Positions 1 through 13,961 are shown, numbered from the stretch's first letter. The stretch is 64,000 nt of DNA from Octopus bimaculoides (GCF_001194135.2 NC_068994.1:20988199-21052198), one strand, 5' to 3'. The notes: a model not told the origin generated them from the letters alone. Numbers and translations: made by a program.

Positions 1-275
1 TCATCATCATCATCATCGTTTAACGTCTGCTTTCCATGCTAGCATGGGTTGGACGATTTGACTGAGGACTGGTGAAACCGGATGGCAACACCAGGCTCCA
101 ATCTAATTTGGCAGAGTTTCTACAGCTGGATGCCCTTCCTAACGCTAACCACTCAGAGAGTGTAGTGGGTGCTTTTACGTGTCACCCGCACGAAAACTGC
201 CACGCTCGAAATGGTGTCTTTTATGTGCCACCTGCACAAGCCAGTCCAGGGGCACTGGCAACGATCTCACTCGAA
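1..275 (-). mobile_element. RTE-type 3'UTR / SINE tail with (ATG)n end, related to the 51.2 kb and 57.5 kb copies
   Basis: Reverse complement has AAAAGCACCCACTACAC, TTAGGAAGGGCATCCAGC, CCCATGCTAGCATGGAAAG and a (GAT)n tail. Confidence 0.8.
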
Positions 276-1621
276 AGTGGAGATCTTTGATTGGTTAATA
301 ACCAAGCTATTTATTGGTAGACAAAAATAGATAGCTACTGTAAGTTTAGTTGATAAAAATTTTTGGACAATATAGGCATTTTTTTTTTTTTTTTTTTTTT
401 TTTTCGTCTTTGGCTAATAACTTATTTCCTATTTGATTCTATCTAGAAATCAAAGGAAACTACTACTATTCCATTAAAACATAGCTCTTGTGACCTGGGC
501 AATGTTTTGAAACTGACATATTCCCCATTATATTTCAGGCAGATTCAGCACTGTGTTGCTGAAGCAGAATTTTCTAGAACCATCTATTCTGCTCAATACC
601 ACAGATTTGCTTGACCTTAACCACTTGAGCATGTCCCTTAGTGACTGACAATATGTGCATCTCTGATCAAGAGCTAGCATAGTGGGGGGGGGGAGCATCA
701 TAGCCATGTGTTGAGAGGGATTCCTTGGGCTTTGAATAAATAAATATCATAACAAAAGCAAAGTTTGAATGAAATATTAACCATTTTTCAAGCGAATAGG
801 AAATAACAGTTGCTACTCAAGAACAAAAATTACAAGAGTTTTGGAAATAGTTGACTGCTGAATCAAGTGCTTTACTGTATTTTATTACATTTTTAGTGGT
901 TTTTCATTTTAGTTACAAAGAACAAGAGGAAAAGTCTAACAAGGAACCGTCTGTCACTCATAGCTAGTATAGTCTGATTCTTTAACCCAGGTCTGCCTTG
1001 ATGGCCATGACTGTCTTTTTTTTCTTCCTAGACTTAGTGTATCCATGTAAGATTAGATTAACTGCCTGCCCTTTTATATTTTATTTTTTTTAAATAGTGT
1101 AATGAAAATGAATTTAATTATTTCCAGAAGGTGAAATAGGAAAGAGCAATCACAAAAACATATCTTCTTAGTTGGCTTAATGAAGTTAATAACAAGCATG
1201 TTTTCTTAATGTTTTATTAAACTTTTTTTTTATCTTTTTAATGGCAAAATTTTGTCAATGAAAATTAATGCTTGCAGTGCAATACCAACCAGGGAATGCA
1301 GGTTAACAGCTTACAAGCTAAGAGGCTATTACTTATTCATGTGGCTGTAATGGATTTTTTTATTTTAATAGATCATTTTTATTTTGTTCTTTGTAGCAGA
1401 CATTATAGTTTGTTGCAAAATACTTAATAAATACTTTTTACATGATTAATAAATTTGATAATATGGCTATAGGTTCAATGAAAATCAATGAGATGTTTCA
1501 CTTCGCCTTCTTAGTGTAATTTTTCTATGATGTGTCAAGTGTTTTAGTTTTGTGGATTGTCACCAAACTTTGGTTGTCTAATCCTGTAATTGATTTTGGC
1601 TTATTCAACAACAGAGCTCCC

Positions 1622-1675
<54 letters not shown>

Positions 1676-1866
1676 GTATGAGCAAAGACAAAGTCTTGAA
1701 CTAATATGTCAACTGCTTTGTATAACAATCCTTTCTTATGTCCAATCTGTGGATTTATTTGTAAATCGTTAGTGGGAGACATTCACATCAGAGTCAAAAC
1801 AAAAGAAAAAAATGCTGTTAAACCCTCATACATCAAAGTCAACCAGAGAATCTATTGTGTGTGTTT

Positions 1867-1901
<35 letters not shown>

Positions 1902-3206
1902 GTGTGTGTGTGTGTATAATGATATAACTGTTATATGATAGTTATAATATCCTAGATAAACTTGTGCACACACCAATAAAAATATCAAGTCTATAAATTA
2001 TTTGTATCTTACTCTAAATTATTTTTGGCAATGTGAGCAACAAGGAAGAACGTATGTTCAACTACCAAAAATTAAGGATTTCAACCTTGTTTAGTCTCTT
2101 TCAGTCAGGATATATATCAAGAATAAATCACATCTGTCAATATCAAGGATAAATTACACAGAGTAGTTCTAGCCCTAAATTCTTCACTCCAAGATGCTGT
2201 CTTGGATAATGTTTGATATTTAAACAGATAAGTGTGCAAACTCTTCTGTGTTAAATCATCAGGATTTACCCACCTCTCATCAAAATACTTTTATAGGCTT
2301 GATTTCACTGTAAAACTAAATATCTACAGGTACAAGTCAGTGTATTTATTCATTTCCCATTCTAAATTTGTACTGTGGTAATTTATACTATTATGCAAAT
2401 GAATTGTTTCATTTATAAGTCTCGATTACATTCTAATAAGCGTTCCATTCCTATTATTAGCAGTTGAAGAGCAAATATTCTGATGAATTGGTAAATAACA
2501 ATGGACGTAGACAAATTGATTTGCATCCCAGTCTGATAAAAAAAAATCCCTTATGGGACTAATTTCACAGTTCATTTATTCATAACCCACTTTATTAATA
2601 CACTAGTATTTATATAAGAACAATCTGATTGAGCAAGTGTGTTTTAACTGAATCAAGGCAAAATATAACCAAATAAATCAAATCTTTGCTCCCTTGTTAT
2701 TACAAAGTTTTAAATTGTTTCTGAGCAAGTCTAGAAATAATTTCTTATATAGAATTAATCCATTCACCTAAAATTAAAACCAGATTTTATTCTATTTTTA
2801 TTATGTTTTTTAAAGTTACATCTATTTTGTTATATCTTTATTGCTAGTCTTTTTCTGCTGGTGTACAGTGTACAACTGGAAACATAATCTCTAAGCTCTA
2901 ATAGATTAGCCATCTGTTATCTAATCCATAAACACCTGCTTTTATTTATAAAGTTAATCTTTTACTACTGCAAGGTTATCTAAATAACTTTCTTCTTTCT
3001 CTTCCTGAGTTAATCTTTTGTTCTCTTGACACATTACCAACTTGCTAGCTTTTCTGATGCTTTTATCTGCATCAAATTCTTGTTCCATTTTTTCCATGGG
3101 GATGGGGGGGGCGGATTTGCCATCAAGTTGATCGACCCCATTAATCTATAGGGATTGGGTGAGGTGGGGGTCATCCTGTTCATGCCATACAAAATGGGCT
3201 TTGACA

Positions 3207-3733
3207 TATAGGCGTGGGAGTGGCTGTGTGGAAGGTAGCTTGCTTATGAACCGCATGGTTCCGGGTTCAGTCCCACTGCATGGCACCTTGGGCAAGTGTC
3301 TTCTACTATAGCCTTGGTCCGACCAAAGCCTTGTGAGTAGATTTGGTAGAGGGAAACTGAAAGAAGCCCGCCGTATATATGTATATATATATATATNNNN
3401 NNNNNNNNNNNNNNNNNNNNNNNNNNNNNNNNNNNNNNNNNNNNNNNNNNNNNNNNNNNNNNNNNNNNNNNNNNNNNNNNNNNNNNNNNNNNNNNNNNNA
3501 TGTATGTGTGTGTATATGTTTGTATGTTTGTGTTTGTCCCCCCAACATCGCTTGACAACTACTGATGCTGGTGTGTTTACGTCCCCGTAACTTAGCGGTT
3601 CGGCAAAAAGAGACCGATAGAATAAGTACTAGGCTTACAAAGAATAAGTCCTGGGGTCGATTTGCTCGACTAAAGGCGGTGCTCTAGCATGGCCACAGTC
3701 AAATGACTGAAACATAAAAGAGAGTAAAGAGTA
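3207..3733 (+). mobile_element. tRNA-derived SINE family A (internal microsatellite), relatively intact copy
   Basis: Head with A/B-box-like GTGGCTGTGTGG and GGTTCAGTCCC, then GGCACCTTGGGCAAGTGTC body, internal (TA)n/gap, and GACTGAAAC..(AAAGAG) tail; CpGs retained. Confidence 0.85.
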
Positions 3734-4164
3734 TGAGGGGAGATAATTCAGTCAGGAATATATGCACAAGTTATTTTGGTTCCAATGTACCAATTCTTTT
3801 GTATTTGAACTTACGTATTTTCTCTCTCTCAAAAATGTTGGTCCTTCTAGAAGTTTTAATACACTAAAACTTTTTTCCTGAATATGCATTATTGAAATTG
3901 GGATGCATCTTATATACCCGTGCGTCTTTTATGCCATTAAATACGGTAAATCTATACAAACGAACAATGCCCGAGTTAGGATTTTTTTGTGATATTTCTG
4001 AGTCCGAATATCAGCCACCAGTTGGCAGCTCTTTCATTCGTTTTCAGTGTGTAAAAATTGTATACCAGTGTTAGTGCAGTTGCATGTTAGAATTATTGGG
4101 TTACGGAAAGTAGTGTAGCGGGAGATATTGTAGAGCTAACAAAAATGCCTCAAAGTATTTGGGA

Positions 4165-4631
4165 TCTCTCTTTTACTTGTTTCAGTCATTAGACTGCGAC
4201 CATGCTGGGGCACCACATTGAAGAATTTTGAAAAGACTTCCGCCCGTGGTTTTTTAGGGGGAACGGGTGGAAGTCTTAAAGAATCGNNNNNNNNNNNNNN
4301 NNNNNNNNNNNNNNNNNNNNNNNNNNNNNNNNNNNNNNNNNNNNNNNNNNNNNNNNNNNNNNNNNNNNNNNNNNNNNNNNNNNNNNNNNNNNNNNNNNNN
4401 NNNNNNNNNNNNNNNNNNNNNNNNNNNNNNNNNNNNNNNNNNNNNNNNNNNNNNNNNNNNNNNNNNNNNNNNNNNNNNNNNNNNNNNNNNNNNNNNNNNN
4501 NNNNNNNNNCTTGCAAGACTTTTGTCGGCTCGGGTTTATAGGAAAAGATACTTGCCCAAGGTGCCATGCAGTGGGACTGAACTCGGAACCATATGATTAG
4601 GAAGCAAACTTCTCACCTCACAGCCACGCCT
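4165..4631 (-). mobile_element. SINE family A, minus strand (gap inside)
   Basis: Reverse complement matches the head and tail of 3207-3733. Confidence 0.8.
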
Positions 4632-5520
4632 TTAGATAAAGTTGTTTTTTTTTTGTTGTATTTTCTTCTACGTTTATTTGTCTGATATAGCAGCTAAATT
4701 ACACTTGAAAATGCAATTGACTACCACTTCCTTATAAATATAGGTGTTCTGTTTTATTAAATTCATTCAGAGTAACAATACTTGTGTGTTCACGCGTACG
4801 TTTTTTTTTGTTTTTTTTTAATTGCAATATTGACAATAGCAAACTAAAATTCTGAATTTGAGAGGGGAAATAACTCTTGTTTTTTCTATTTATAGTTATT
4901 TCACTTAAGCGGTAGTTTGGGGGATTTTATATTTAAACTATTGTGAGTCTTGCTTGCTATTCAGCCCTGGGGTTATTTCTCAGTTATTTCAACTAATTCG
5001 TTATTTATCAGCTGAGTAAGACACAGTACTCTAATTGTAATTACAAATATCTTGTAAGGTTTGATTTGGTCATCTATTTCTTCATTATGGAGTCTTTGCA
5101 GTATTGCAGTTAAATTTGTTAGCTACAAAACATATTTGCATTGTATTTAGAAGAAAGCAAATTGATATCTTATATTTAATTCCGTCTTTTCAAGTTTTAA
5201 ATTAAATGCTATTGGAATAGACATACTTTTTCTTCACCCTGAATCAATAAAATAAGTACCAGTGATATAATAGGGTCAATTCTGTTTTCTGCATCCACCC
5301 ACTCTTGAAAAGTAGAACTTGAATCATGTCAAGCAAAAGTCACTTACTTATGTTTGACATGAATTTGAAGATAGATGATGAATTTCTCTTGTCAGAAGCA
5401 TACCAAGGAATCGTTTATTTTTTATCTTATCTGTTTCAATCATTAGGCTGTAGTCATGCTGAGGAACTGCCTTGAAGGGTTTAGTTGAACGAATCGACCT
5501 CAGAACTTATTTTTACAAGG

Positions 5521-6135
5521 TGAGGAGGGGGTGTTTCCACTGCATGGATTGTCTCTTTATCTCTGGCTCAAAGTGATGAACCCAACACTCATCCTGGCTT
5601 AGAGACCATTCAAGTAAACCAGCTGGATCTGCCTCAAACAACGTCAGATTTTCCCCGTGATATGATCAGCCTGGTGCACTTTTGATCAGGTGTCAGAAGA
5701 TGTGGCATCCACCAGGCAGAAACTGTCGTCATGCCAAGTTCACTGTGCATAATATTCTCGACCCTCTCACAGGATATGCTAATAGCATTAGCTATTTGAT
5801 TTATAGTCAGTCACCTGTCATCCATTAGCATATGGCAAACATGATCAATATTTTCCTCAGTTGCAGGATGTCCAAACTGTGGGTCATCTTCAAGTCTCTC
5901 CCTTCCCCTTCTAAATTTAGCTGCCTGCTTTTACATTGTTGATAAAGCTGGAACATCATTCCCTAATGTCCTTGGTGGCTAAACCCTTTTTCTGCAGGTA
6001 CTTGCTAACACCATGATGCGAAATTTTGTCTATTTTCAAGAGAAATTGCTACTAGTTACTTTTGAAGTTTTCTTTCAACAGCCAGATATCAGTTTACCTA
6101 GAATGAAGCAGAGCTGTTATAACATGAACTGATTG
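5521..6135 (-). mobile_element. degenerate mariner (Tc1/mariner, DD34D-type) transposase 5' fragment
   Basis: Minus strand from ~6033 reads (I)DKISHHGVSKYLQKKGL...FRRGRESLEDDP...RxLTINQIANAISIS.ERVENIMHSELGM..VSAWWMPHLLTPDQK...SQDECWVHHFEPEIKRQSMQWKHP. This includes the WVPHxL-like motif and the first catalytic Asp region, with stops and frameshifts; TIR not seen. Confidence 0.9.
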
Positions 6136-6149
6136 AAATATATATACAT

Positions 6150-6156
<7 letters not shown>

Positions 6157-6215
<59 letters not shown>
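6157..6215. repeat. (TA)n microsatellite (others at ~1870, ~8010, ~9150, ~19835, ~45448)
   Basis: Direct reading. Confidence 0.97.
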
Positions 6216-6217
<2 letters not shown>

Positions 6218-7648
6218 ACAGTGAACTTTTAGGTTTTATTTTCCCCTCTCTCTTTTTTATGTTATAAGATTTAATATGTACTTTGTTGACAAAATTTTTT
6301 TATTCTTTTTCTTATAAATTAAATAAAATTAAAATTTGGGGAAGGTGTAATAGTAAAGAAATGAGTAGTCAACTGAGAACAGTTACATGTTAAAGATATG
6401 ATGGAACAGTAAAATGCATGAGAATCACTATAATGCCATTTTCTTTTAACTATTAAGTATTTTAGTGATCTTCTAAAATTATTTTCACTTTGACTATGAA
6501 ACCTAGTTTTGATGAAGTGACTATCCCATTATTGATTTATTAGCATTTTTGATGGCTTTCAGTATGTTCAGTAATGGAAAAGGAAGTGCATGGAATCATA
6601 TGTGTACTTCCGTTTTGAAGTATAATGTAGATTTCAATGCAGTTCCATATGGTACAAAAACTATTCTATTGCTTAATAAGAAGTTGTGGAGAAAGGAAAA
6701 AAAAAGTTTAGCATTTCGTGATATGATTCTGACAAGTTGACAAAATCAATATTTTTCTTCAAGTTCTACTTTTGGGAGGAAGGATGTAGTAGAGTGATTT
6801 GACTCCTGTATTTTACTGATATTTGTGTTCTTGATTCTGGATGAAGAAATGAAGAAAAGGTATTTCTACTTAACATGGTTTTAACACATAACCTGAAAGG
6901 TCAAAATTAAATTTAAGGTAATTTAAGTCCACTGGTGTACTGCTTGTTACAACTTGCTTCCCTCTAAGTGTAATACTACTGTGTTTTGCGGCCAATTGAT
7001 TCAACTTGAATATTTTACAGGTTATTGTTAACATGGTGGGTGAAAGGTAAATTTTTCTCATAATAACTACAAAAGGGATATCTTTTTACTTGACATAGTC
7101 AGTTTTATAAAAGGGGTTTTATAGTTTCATTTTATGAGCCTCAGTGATATGAAAGGCATCAGTTATAAAGCATAAGTTATAATTCAAACTTTCAACGGCT
7201 AACCCATGTGCATTTTCATAATAGTAATGAGTGTTTACTTAAATGTGAAAGTACATAAAACAAAAACAAAAAAATCCGAGACATTGTGCCGATATTTTTC
7301 CAAAGATATTAACAACCTAAGTGACATTGTTCCAATAGGAAATGGAAACTGTCAGTTTCATTCTTCAATAACTTAACACATTTCACCTATTATTAATTCT
7401 CATTGTTATTAATGATGATTAGAAGAAAAATATCAATCAAATACTGGTGTACATTTCATTGACAATACTTTATTCCAAAATGTATGACCTTGGGTCAAAG
7501 CTTGAACTCAATAATTAGAAGAAAATCTCAAAGTAATATATTATATTTTACATGGAAGAAAAAGGAAGGAAAAAATGTACTGTGACAGTAACACTGAGGG
7601 TAGCAAAACACTGCACACTAAAAGCACCACAGTTTGTCTTTGATTGGT

Positions 7649-7714
7649 ATTTTAGAAATCACTCTTTTCTTCTCTAGATATTGCATTTTAGAAATCACTC
7701 TTTTCTTCTCTAGA
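7649..7714 (+). repeat. 30-bp direct tandem duplication (period 36)
   Basis: ATTTTAGAAATCACTCTTTTCTTCTCTAGA at 7649-78 and 7685-7714. Confidence 0.95.
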
Positions 7715-8009
7715 CATCACATTCCTTTTGTTAGTTTTGAAGTATTCTATGATTGGGGGCAGTCAATCATAACTCAAACATACTGCTATTCAAAATATCT
7801 TTTCTATTATGAGATGTATTTAAAATGGAGAAGGAATTTGTTTTACAACTGCAAGGTTCCATTTTCAATCACTCTACACAGCAAGTACCTTCAACCAAAA
7901 TACATTATTGGAATTTGGTAGATAAAAATATGTGTGTGTTCTATGTATCCTTTGCCTGTACAATTTATAATTCGAATCTTAGTTTATTAGTCTGAGGGAA
8001 GCACACTTG

Positions 8010-8099
<90 letters not shown>

Positions 8100-8647
8100 C
8101 ATGTAAGTGTATGTTTATATTTTCGTGTACAAATAACAGAAAAAATAAATACATAGTTACCAGGGTAGCAAAAAATTCACATAAGTACCAAGGATGTTAC
8201 AGCCTACTTAAAAGGTAGAAATTCCAGGGTTTAGTGAAATGCTTTTGTATAACAGATAAAGAAAGAAATGGAGTTAAACACAGGTGTTATTCAAATCTTT
8301 ATACTTCTGACATATATTTCAAAGAAAACATTGGTATTATTCCAGAGGGAATAAAATGATGTAAAACAATGCGATCTTCTCATTTTTTTTCCCTGATGAG
8401 ATAAAAATAATGAAATGTAGACAAAAGGCCTTTTTTTTTTTTAAATTCAAAATATAAAATAGGGAATATAATAGGCATTAGAGAGTTTGGGGTAACATGT
8501 TAGAGGAAAAGTAGGTGTTCCAACAATCATTTCAGGAGTACATTCAAGCAGATTACATATGAATCTTAAGATCCATAGAATGGCCCCATCATCAGGGAAA
8601 GATAGTGTTTACACTAGATATGGATTTTAGTTCAAAAGAAATTTATA

Positions 8648-8680
<33 letters not shown>

Positions 8681-9148
8681 GTATATAGATATATAGTAAT
8701 CAGATAGCTCTGCGTCAGCAGGACTTGAAAAAATATGGAAAAAAGTGAAAGGTGTACAGTGAACTTGCTGTGAGGAGTGGAATATCCAACATTTCGTATT
8801 CAATCCTTCGTTGGCAGCAAGGAAAGAGAGAAGAAAAGGAAAAAAAAGTCAGAGTTTACATCCTCTCAGCTTGAAAAACTGGCTGCAACTGATGTGTGTG
8901 TGTGTGTGTACATATATATATATATGTGTCTATGTATGTATGTATATATATATGAAGTGCCTTCATGTTTAGGGGCTCTGATGAAATTGTAAGGTAAAAA
9001 CAGCTGTAAGCTAATGAAGTTCATAAGATAATCAGTTATTCCATTGTTATCTCTTTTCTTATTACCATTCTGTACCCAACTAATACTTCATTCAGAAGCA
9101 TACATATATTGAGTTCTACAGCAGGTTATTAGTATCTCAGTGCTTAAG

Positions 9149-9188
<40 letters not shown>

Positions 9189-9572
9189 CAACCTTTCAAG
9201 CTGTAATCAGTGGTGGTGCAATGCAACGTATACAAATTAAGTCATTTTCATTTTGTAACATAAAAAAAGAGAGTTTCTTTAATTTTTGTGCTGTGGATCA
9301 ACTCGGCTTTCGATAATTAAGAAAATATTTCAAGATACCTACATTGGTCTATAAATGTGAATGTGTGCTAATGTGTTACGATTGAAGTTGATTGCTCCCA
9401 TGTCTTGGGGGTTTCTTTTTTAATTTTTTTTTGTGATCTTGTCTGCCTCTTCATTTAACATCCATACAAACTTGGTTTTACCAAACTTAATTGGTATTAA
9501 ACAGTCATCATCATTGTCATCTTCACTACCATCAGTTTTACCAAGTATTATTACAGTCATTGCTAAGATACA

Positions 9573-9712
9573 AGCTGGCAGAATCGTTATCACACTGGAA
9601 AAAATGCTTAGTGGCATTTTTCCCTGACTTTTTGCTCTGAGTTCAAATTCCGCCGGGGTCAACTTTGTCTTTCACCCTTTTGAGGTGGATAAAATAGTAC
9701 CAGTCAAGCACC
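9573..9712 (+). mobile_element. SINE family B, 3'-truncated
   Basis: aagctggcagaatcgtt...ctgagttcaaattccgcc...gataaaatagtaccag. Confidence 0.7.
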
Positions 9713-10991
9713 ACTTTTGCTGCCACCACTCCAATTCTTGCACCTATCAACAAAGTCTATCAACAACATCAAGTGAATCCACTCAACAGTTCATTAACTT
9801 CATTTCAAGAGCATTAACTACTCCTATGCTCCTAGTTCTCTGTCTATCTGTAATTGTTATATTTATTTCTATACTGACATTAATTTACCTGATTACCTCA
9901 GCCATAGACCATCTCTCACTCATGCCTTCCATTTTTGGCATAGTTCGTATGGCTGAATGCCCTTGCTAACACCAAACACTTTACAAGGTCTACTGAATGT
10001 ATTCTATCATGGCACCAGCACTAAGAGCAGGCTAGAAGATCCTCCTCCTCCCCACTACATTGTCTTTGCTTGTTCAGCAACCACTTTACAGCATGTGCAT
10101 TTTATTAAATAATCAGCATTAACAGTGTTACCTTGTGTCCTGCTAGACAAAAGAGTTCTCCGAAAAACTAGATGATTTGATGAAGGGAGTGAAAGTATGA
10201 TAGGAGAAAATGAGTTGAGTAAGAGAAGTATGAACAAGTAATGGAAGGGAGGGGGATAAGGAAAGAGAGAGAGAGAGACGGAGAAGGTAATGGAAGAGAA
10301 ATAGTAATGATAGAGAGTAATGGAAGAAAGACAGTGATGACAGTTACATGTTTGCTTGTAAGAGAAAAATCAAGTAATGGATAGCAATAGGGAAGACAAT
10401 GATAAGAGAGAATAATGGACATCTGTAGCAAGGCCTTCAGTTGAGGGAGTGATGGCTGACAGCTCGGAAAAGATGTATCAGATGTGAACAAGTTTGATGC
10501 AATCTTTTATACATAGACATCTTGATAGAAGAGAGTAAGTTAAAGGTAGAAAGATAAGGTTGATGGCCTCTATCTGCCAGACTATTTAATTATTTGATTT
10601 ATCAATGCAAACATTATCTGATGTATAAGTGTGAATCATTGTATTATATAGTTTATATTAAACTAAGAGCAACAAAAGTTAAATATTAGTTTAATGCATT
10701 ACTTACTAAGTACCCCTCCAACATTTTTGTAGTTGTTTGTTTTTTTCCATTTCATTGATATTCAAGGGTATTTTATTATCGTTGTGCTATTGTTACCCAA
10801 ATGTGAAAGAGGGATTACAATTCAAATGCCTCTTCAAACAATTCAGGTCAATTTCTAATGATATATGTTTTAAACAATGGACATTTTACAACCTATTTTC
10901 CCATACTAACAGGAGATGGTTGAATTGTTTCACAGATTTCAATATTGGTATAAATTGTTAGCATATATGATTTATTTATAACTGTGAAGTG

Positions 10992-11288
10992 AAGTCACAT
11001 AGCTTAGTGGTTAGTGTATTTGGTACACAGTCATAAGATCATGAGTTCAATTTCCAGTGGTGTGTTGTGTCCTTGAACAAGACACAGTATTCCAGTCCAC
11101 TCAGCTAACAAAAATGAGTTGTACCTGTTATTCAACGGACTAGCCTTGTCACATTCTGTGTCACACTAAATCTCCCCAAGAACTACATGAAGGGTACACA
11201 TGTCTGAGTGCACATTAATTTCCCAAGCAGGCCATTTCATTGAGCAGATCAACTGGAACCCTCGTTGTCATAATCAACAGAGTGCTAG
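10992..11288 (+). mobile_element. tRNA-derived SINE family C
   Basis: A box TAGCTTAGTGG (11000-10), B-box-like GAGTTCAATT; body CCTTGTCACATTCTGTGTC...CAACTGGAACC shared with 11806-12109 (-) and 55278-55549 (+). Confidence 0.75.
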
Positions 11289-11805
11289 TAAAGTTAGAAT
11301 TAGTAATGTACTTTACTTGTAACACACAACATAGTACTAAGGGATGAAATTGAACTCAAAACTTTTCATCTAGCAGGGTAAAATTGGAACCTATGGACAC
11401 TGCTGATGGTCTTTGTCAATGACATTTTTTCATAAGAGAGTTTATAGGAGAGTTTAATCATTTCAGTTGCTATAAGGATTGCCGATTCTAATCTGAGAAC
11501 AAGAAAGAGACAGAAAATGGTGTTGCTGAATGGGCTGTGTGGAAGCGGCCCTCCATTTTCTCACTCGGAAATCTCAAACTGTTTGGTCCTTCACTCTTCA
11601 CAGCAATTAAAGTCATCAAATGAACTTTTAATTAGTAGTTTGCCTTTTTAACCAATTGACCATTTGCAATTAGTGTAAACTTCTACATATAATTATTTAC
11701 ATCATAAAATAACACATCAAAACAAGTAATTAAAGTATATTCATTCAAAAATGTACTGAGAAAATCCCACCTGGAAAAGAAATGTTTCCTGGATGACAAT
11801 ATACT

Positions 11806-12109
11806 GGTACTCCATTTCTTACAACAACAAAGGTTCCAGTTGACCTGATCAACAGAACAGCCTGCTCATAAAATTAATATGCAAGTGGCTGAGCATTCCA
11901 TAGATATGTGTACTGTTAACGTAGTTCTCAGGGAGATTCAGTGCAACACAGTGTATGACAAGGTTGGCCCTTTGAAATGCAGGTACAACTGATTTTTGCC
12001 AGCTGAAATAAAGTGTCTTGCTCAAGTACACAATGTGCCGCTGAGAATTGAACTCACAACTTTACAATCGTGAGCTGAATACCCTAACCACTAAGCCACA
12101 TGCCTTCAC
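11806..12109 (-). mobile_element. tRNA-derived SINE family C, inverted relative to 10992-11288
   Basis: Reverse complement begins GTGAAGGCATGTGGCTTAGTGGTTAGGG...GAGTTCAATTC. Confidence 0.78.
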
Positions 12110-12944
12110 AGATGATAATATATATTGCAAGGAAATAATTATCCTGGAAATATAGATATCCAGAATATGGAAATGGAAAACCAAACAATCCCTATAATAA
12201 AAGGTGCCTTGAAATGCAGACAAAATCACAGCACATATATATATAGAACTCCTTTTTTGTCATTATTTTTATAACTTTGGTATCATCACTGTACCCACAA
12301 TTGTTATAATAATTAATAACATTATAGCTATCACCACATGCACCGTTGTAAGTACCAATGGGCATTTGGCATTACAAGTACTGCTATGTGCACACTCACT
12401 CACTCATTACTATCAAGGTCTTTTTTGATTCACAAATAAAATCTTTTCACTTTCAAACATCAGATCTGATTCTCTTACAAAGATTTCTACACTGGTGTAG
12501 TTTTTCATGCTAATTATGAAAATCATAACCATTTTGGAGATAAGTTAATAATTAAAAAGTTAAAAACCTTTAAAGATTGCCCCCTCCTCTTTGAATTTCA
12601 TCAAATTACATGTAGTGAATCTCAACATGCCAGATGTCAGAATTCCTATGTTTCCATTTCAAAAAAGAGCTTGCAGGACTACTACTATCTGGTAGCTGTA
12701 GTGACAGTTTAGGGGCTATGGTGGTGGTATTGTGTGTAACATCACCACCAACACCACCACTACTATTATGACTACTATGACAACAACAACATACCAGGTA
12801 TAACTATAGGAATATATAGCAATTCCAATTTCTGATGTTTCAAGATTGCTTATATCTCTGATTGGCTGAGATTCAAAAAAATTTCAGTCTTTAAAAGTTT
12901 GTAACTTTTTATCAAATATCTCCAAAAATAGTTATGATTTTTGC

Positions 12945-13198
12945 TACTGGCTTGATTACAGAATGTCATAGGAAAGGATCACAATACAGATTCAAGCCAA
13001 GCCAACTGGCAGGAAACCTAGGTGTAGACCAAGAACAAGACAGTTGGATAATATCCAGTCCCTGTTAGTCACGCTTGGGAATCCAACCGGAAGTTGTAAT
13101 GATGGTTGCTTCAAGGACCCTATGAAGGAGGTGCCTGAGGATTCTACCCTCACCTCCCTCCCAGCAATAGGGGGCAGAAAAAATGAATGAATGAATGG
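12945..13198 (+). mobile_element. second RTE-family 3' fragment with (TGAA)n tail
   Basis: QAKPTGRKPRCRPRTRQLDNIQSL..RLGIQPE, a decayed GxRxRGRPRTRW motif, then (TGAA)n. Confidence 0.6.
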
Positions 13199-13689
13199 AT
13201 GGTCGTCCGCATAAAAAACTACATCTGTGAATAAATATTCAAAAAAATCAGATCTGGTGTTTCAAACTGAAAAGATCCCACAAATTCATGCATGTAAATT
13301 ATAAATAAGAGATTTTCCTGTTATATTCTTATTGCTGACTTAGTATGCACCATTCATCTGCACACATATCTGAGAATGTGTTTATGTTTTTGTTAATAAA
13401 ATAGTGTAATGCATTTTGTAATATTAATGACATAATAATGCAGTTTTGCTTGTTTGAAAGAGATTTCGCTTTTAGTAGTGTCACACTACTATTTAGAGTT
13501 TTTGTTTTTGTTAATCTATAACTGCTGGTTTTTTGGGGGATTTTATTTTGTATAATTATTCACTAATTGTATTGTGATTAGTCATATTACTACTAGATCT
13601 CAATTTTGAGACTAATTATTACTATATGCTATTGAGCATCCAGCATAACTTTGTACCATCTGTACCAGTTCCCATTATTAATGATAATA

Positions 13690-13908
13690 ATGATAATAGT
13701 TTTAAACTATGGCACAAAGCCAGTAACTTTAAGGTGGGAGTAAGTTGATTACATCAACCCCAGTGCTCAACTGGTACTTATTTTATCAACCCCGAAAGGA
13801 TGAACGGCAAAATCAACCTTGGCAGAATTTGAACTCGGAACGTAGTGACAGATGAAATACCACTAAGCATTTTACCCAGCATGCTAATGATTCTGCCAGT
13901 TCACTGCC

Positions 13909-13961
<53 letters not shown>

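Noticed and set aside
913-967. tttcattttag then YKEQEEKSNKEPSVTHS*
   Set aside because: No donor and no upstream context in the window; too short to support.
3860-3948. ...GTGCGTCTTTTATGCCATTAAATACGGTA, a Tc1/mariner-type MITE right end
   Set aside because: No convincing matching left TIR was found, so boundaries cannot be given.
10992-11060. tRNA-like sequence with A and B boxes
   Set aside because: It continues into a repeated SINE body present three times in the window; not a tRNA gene.
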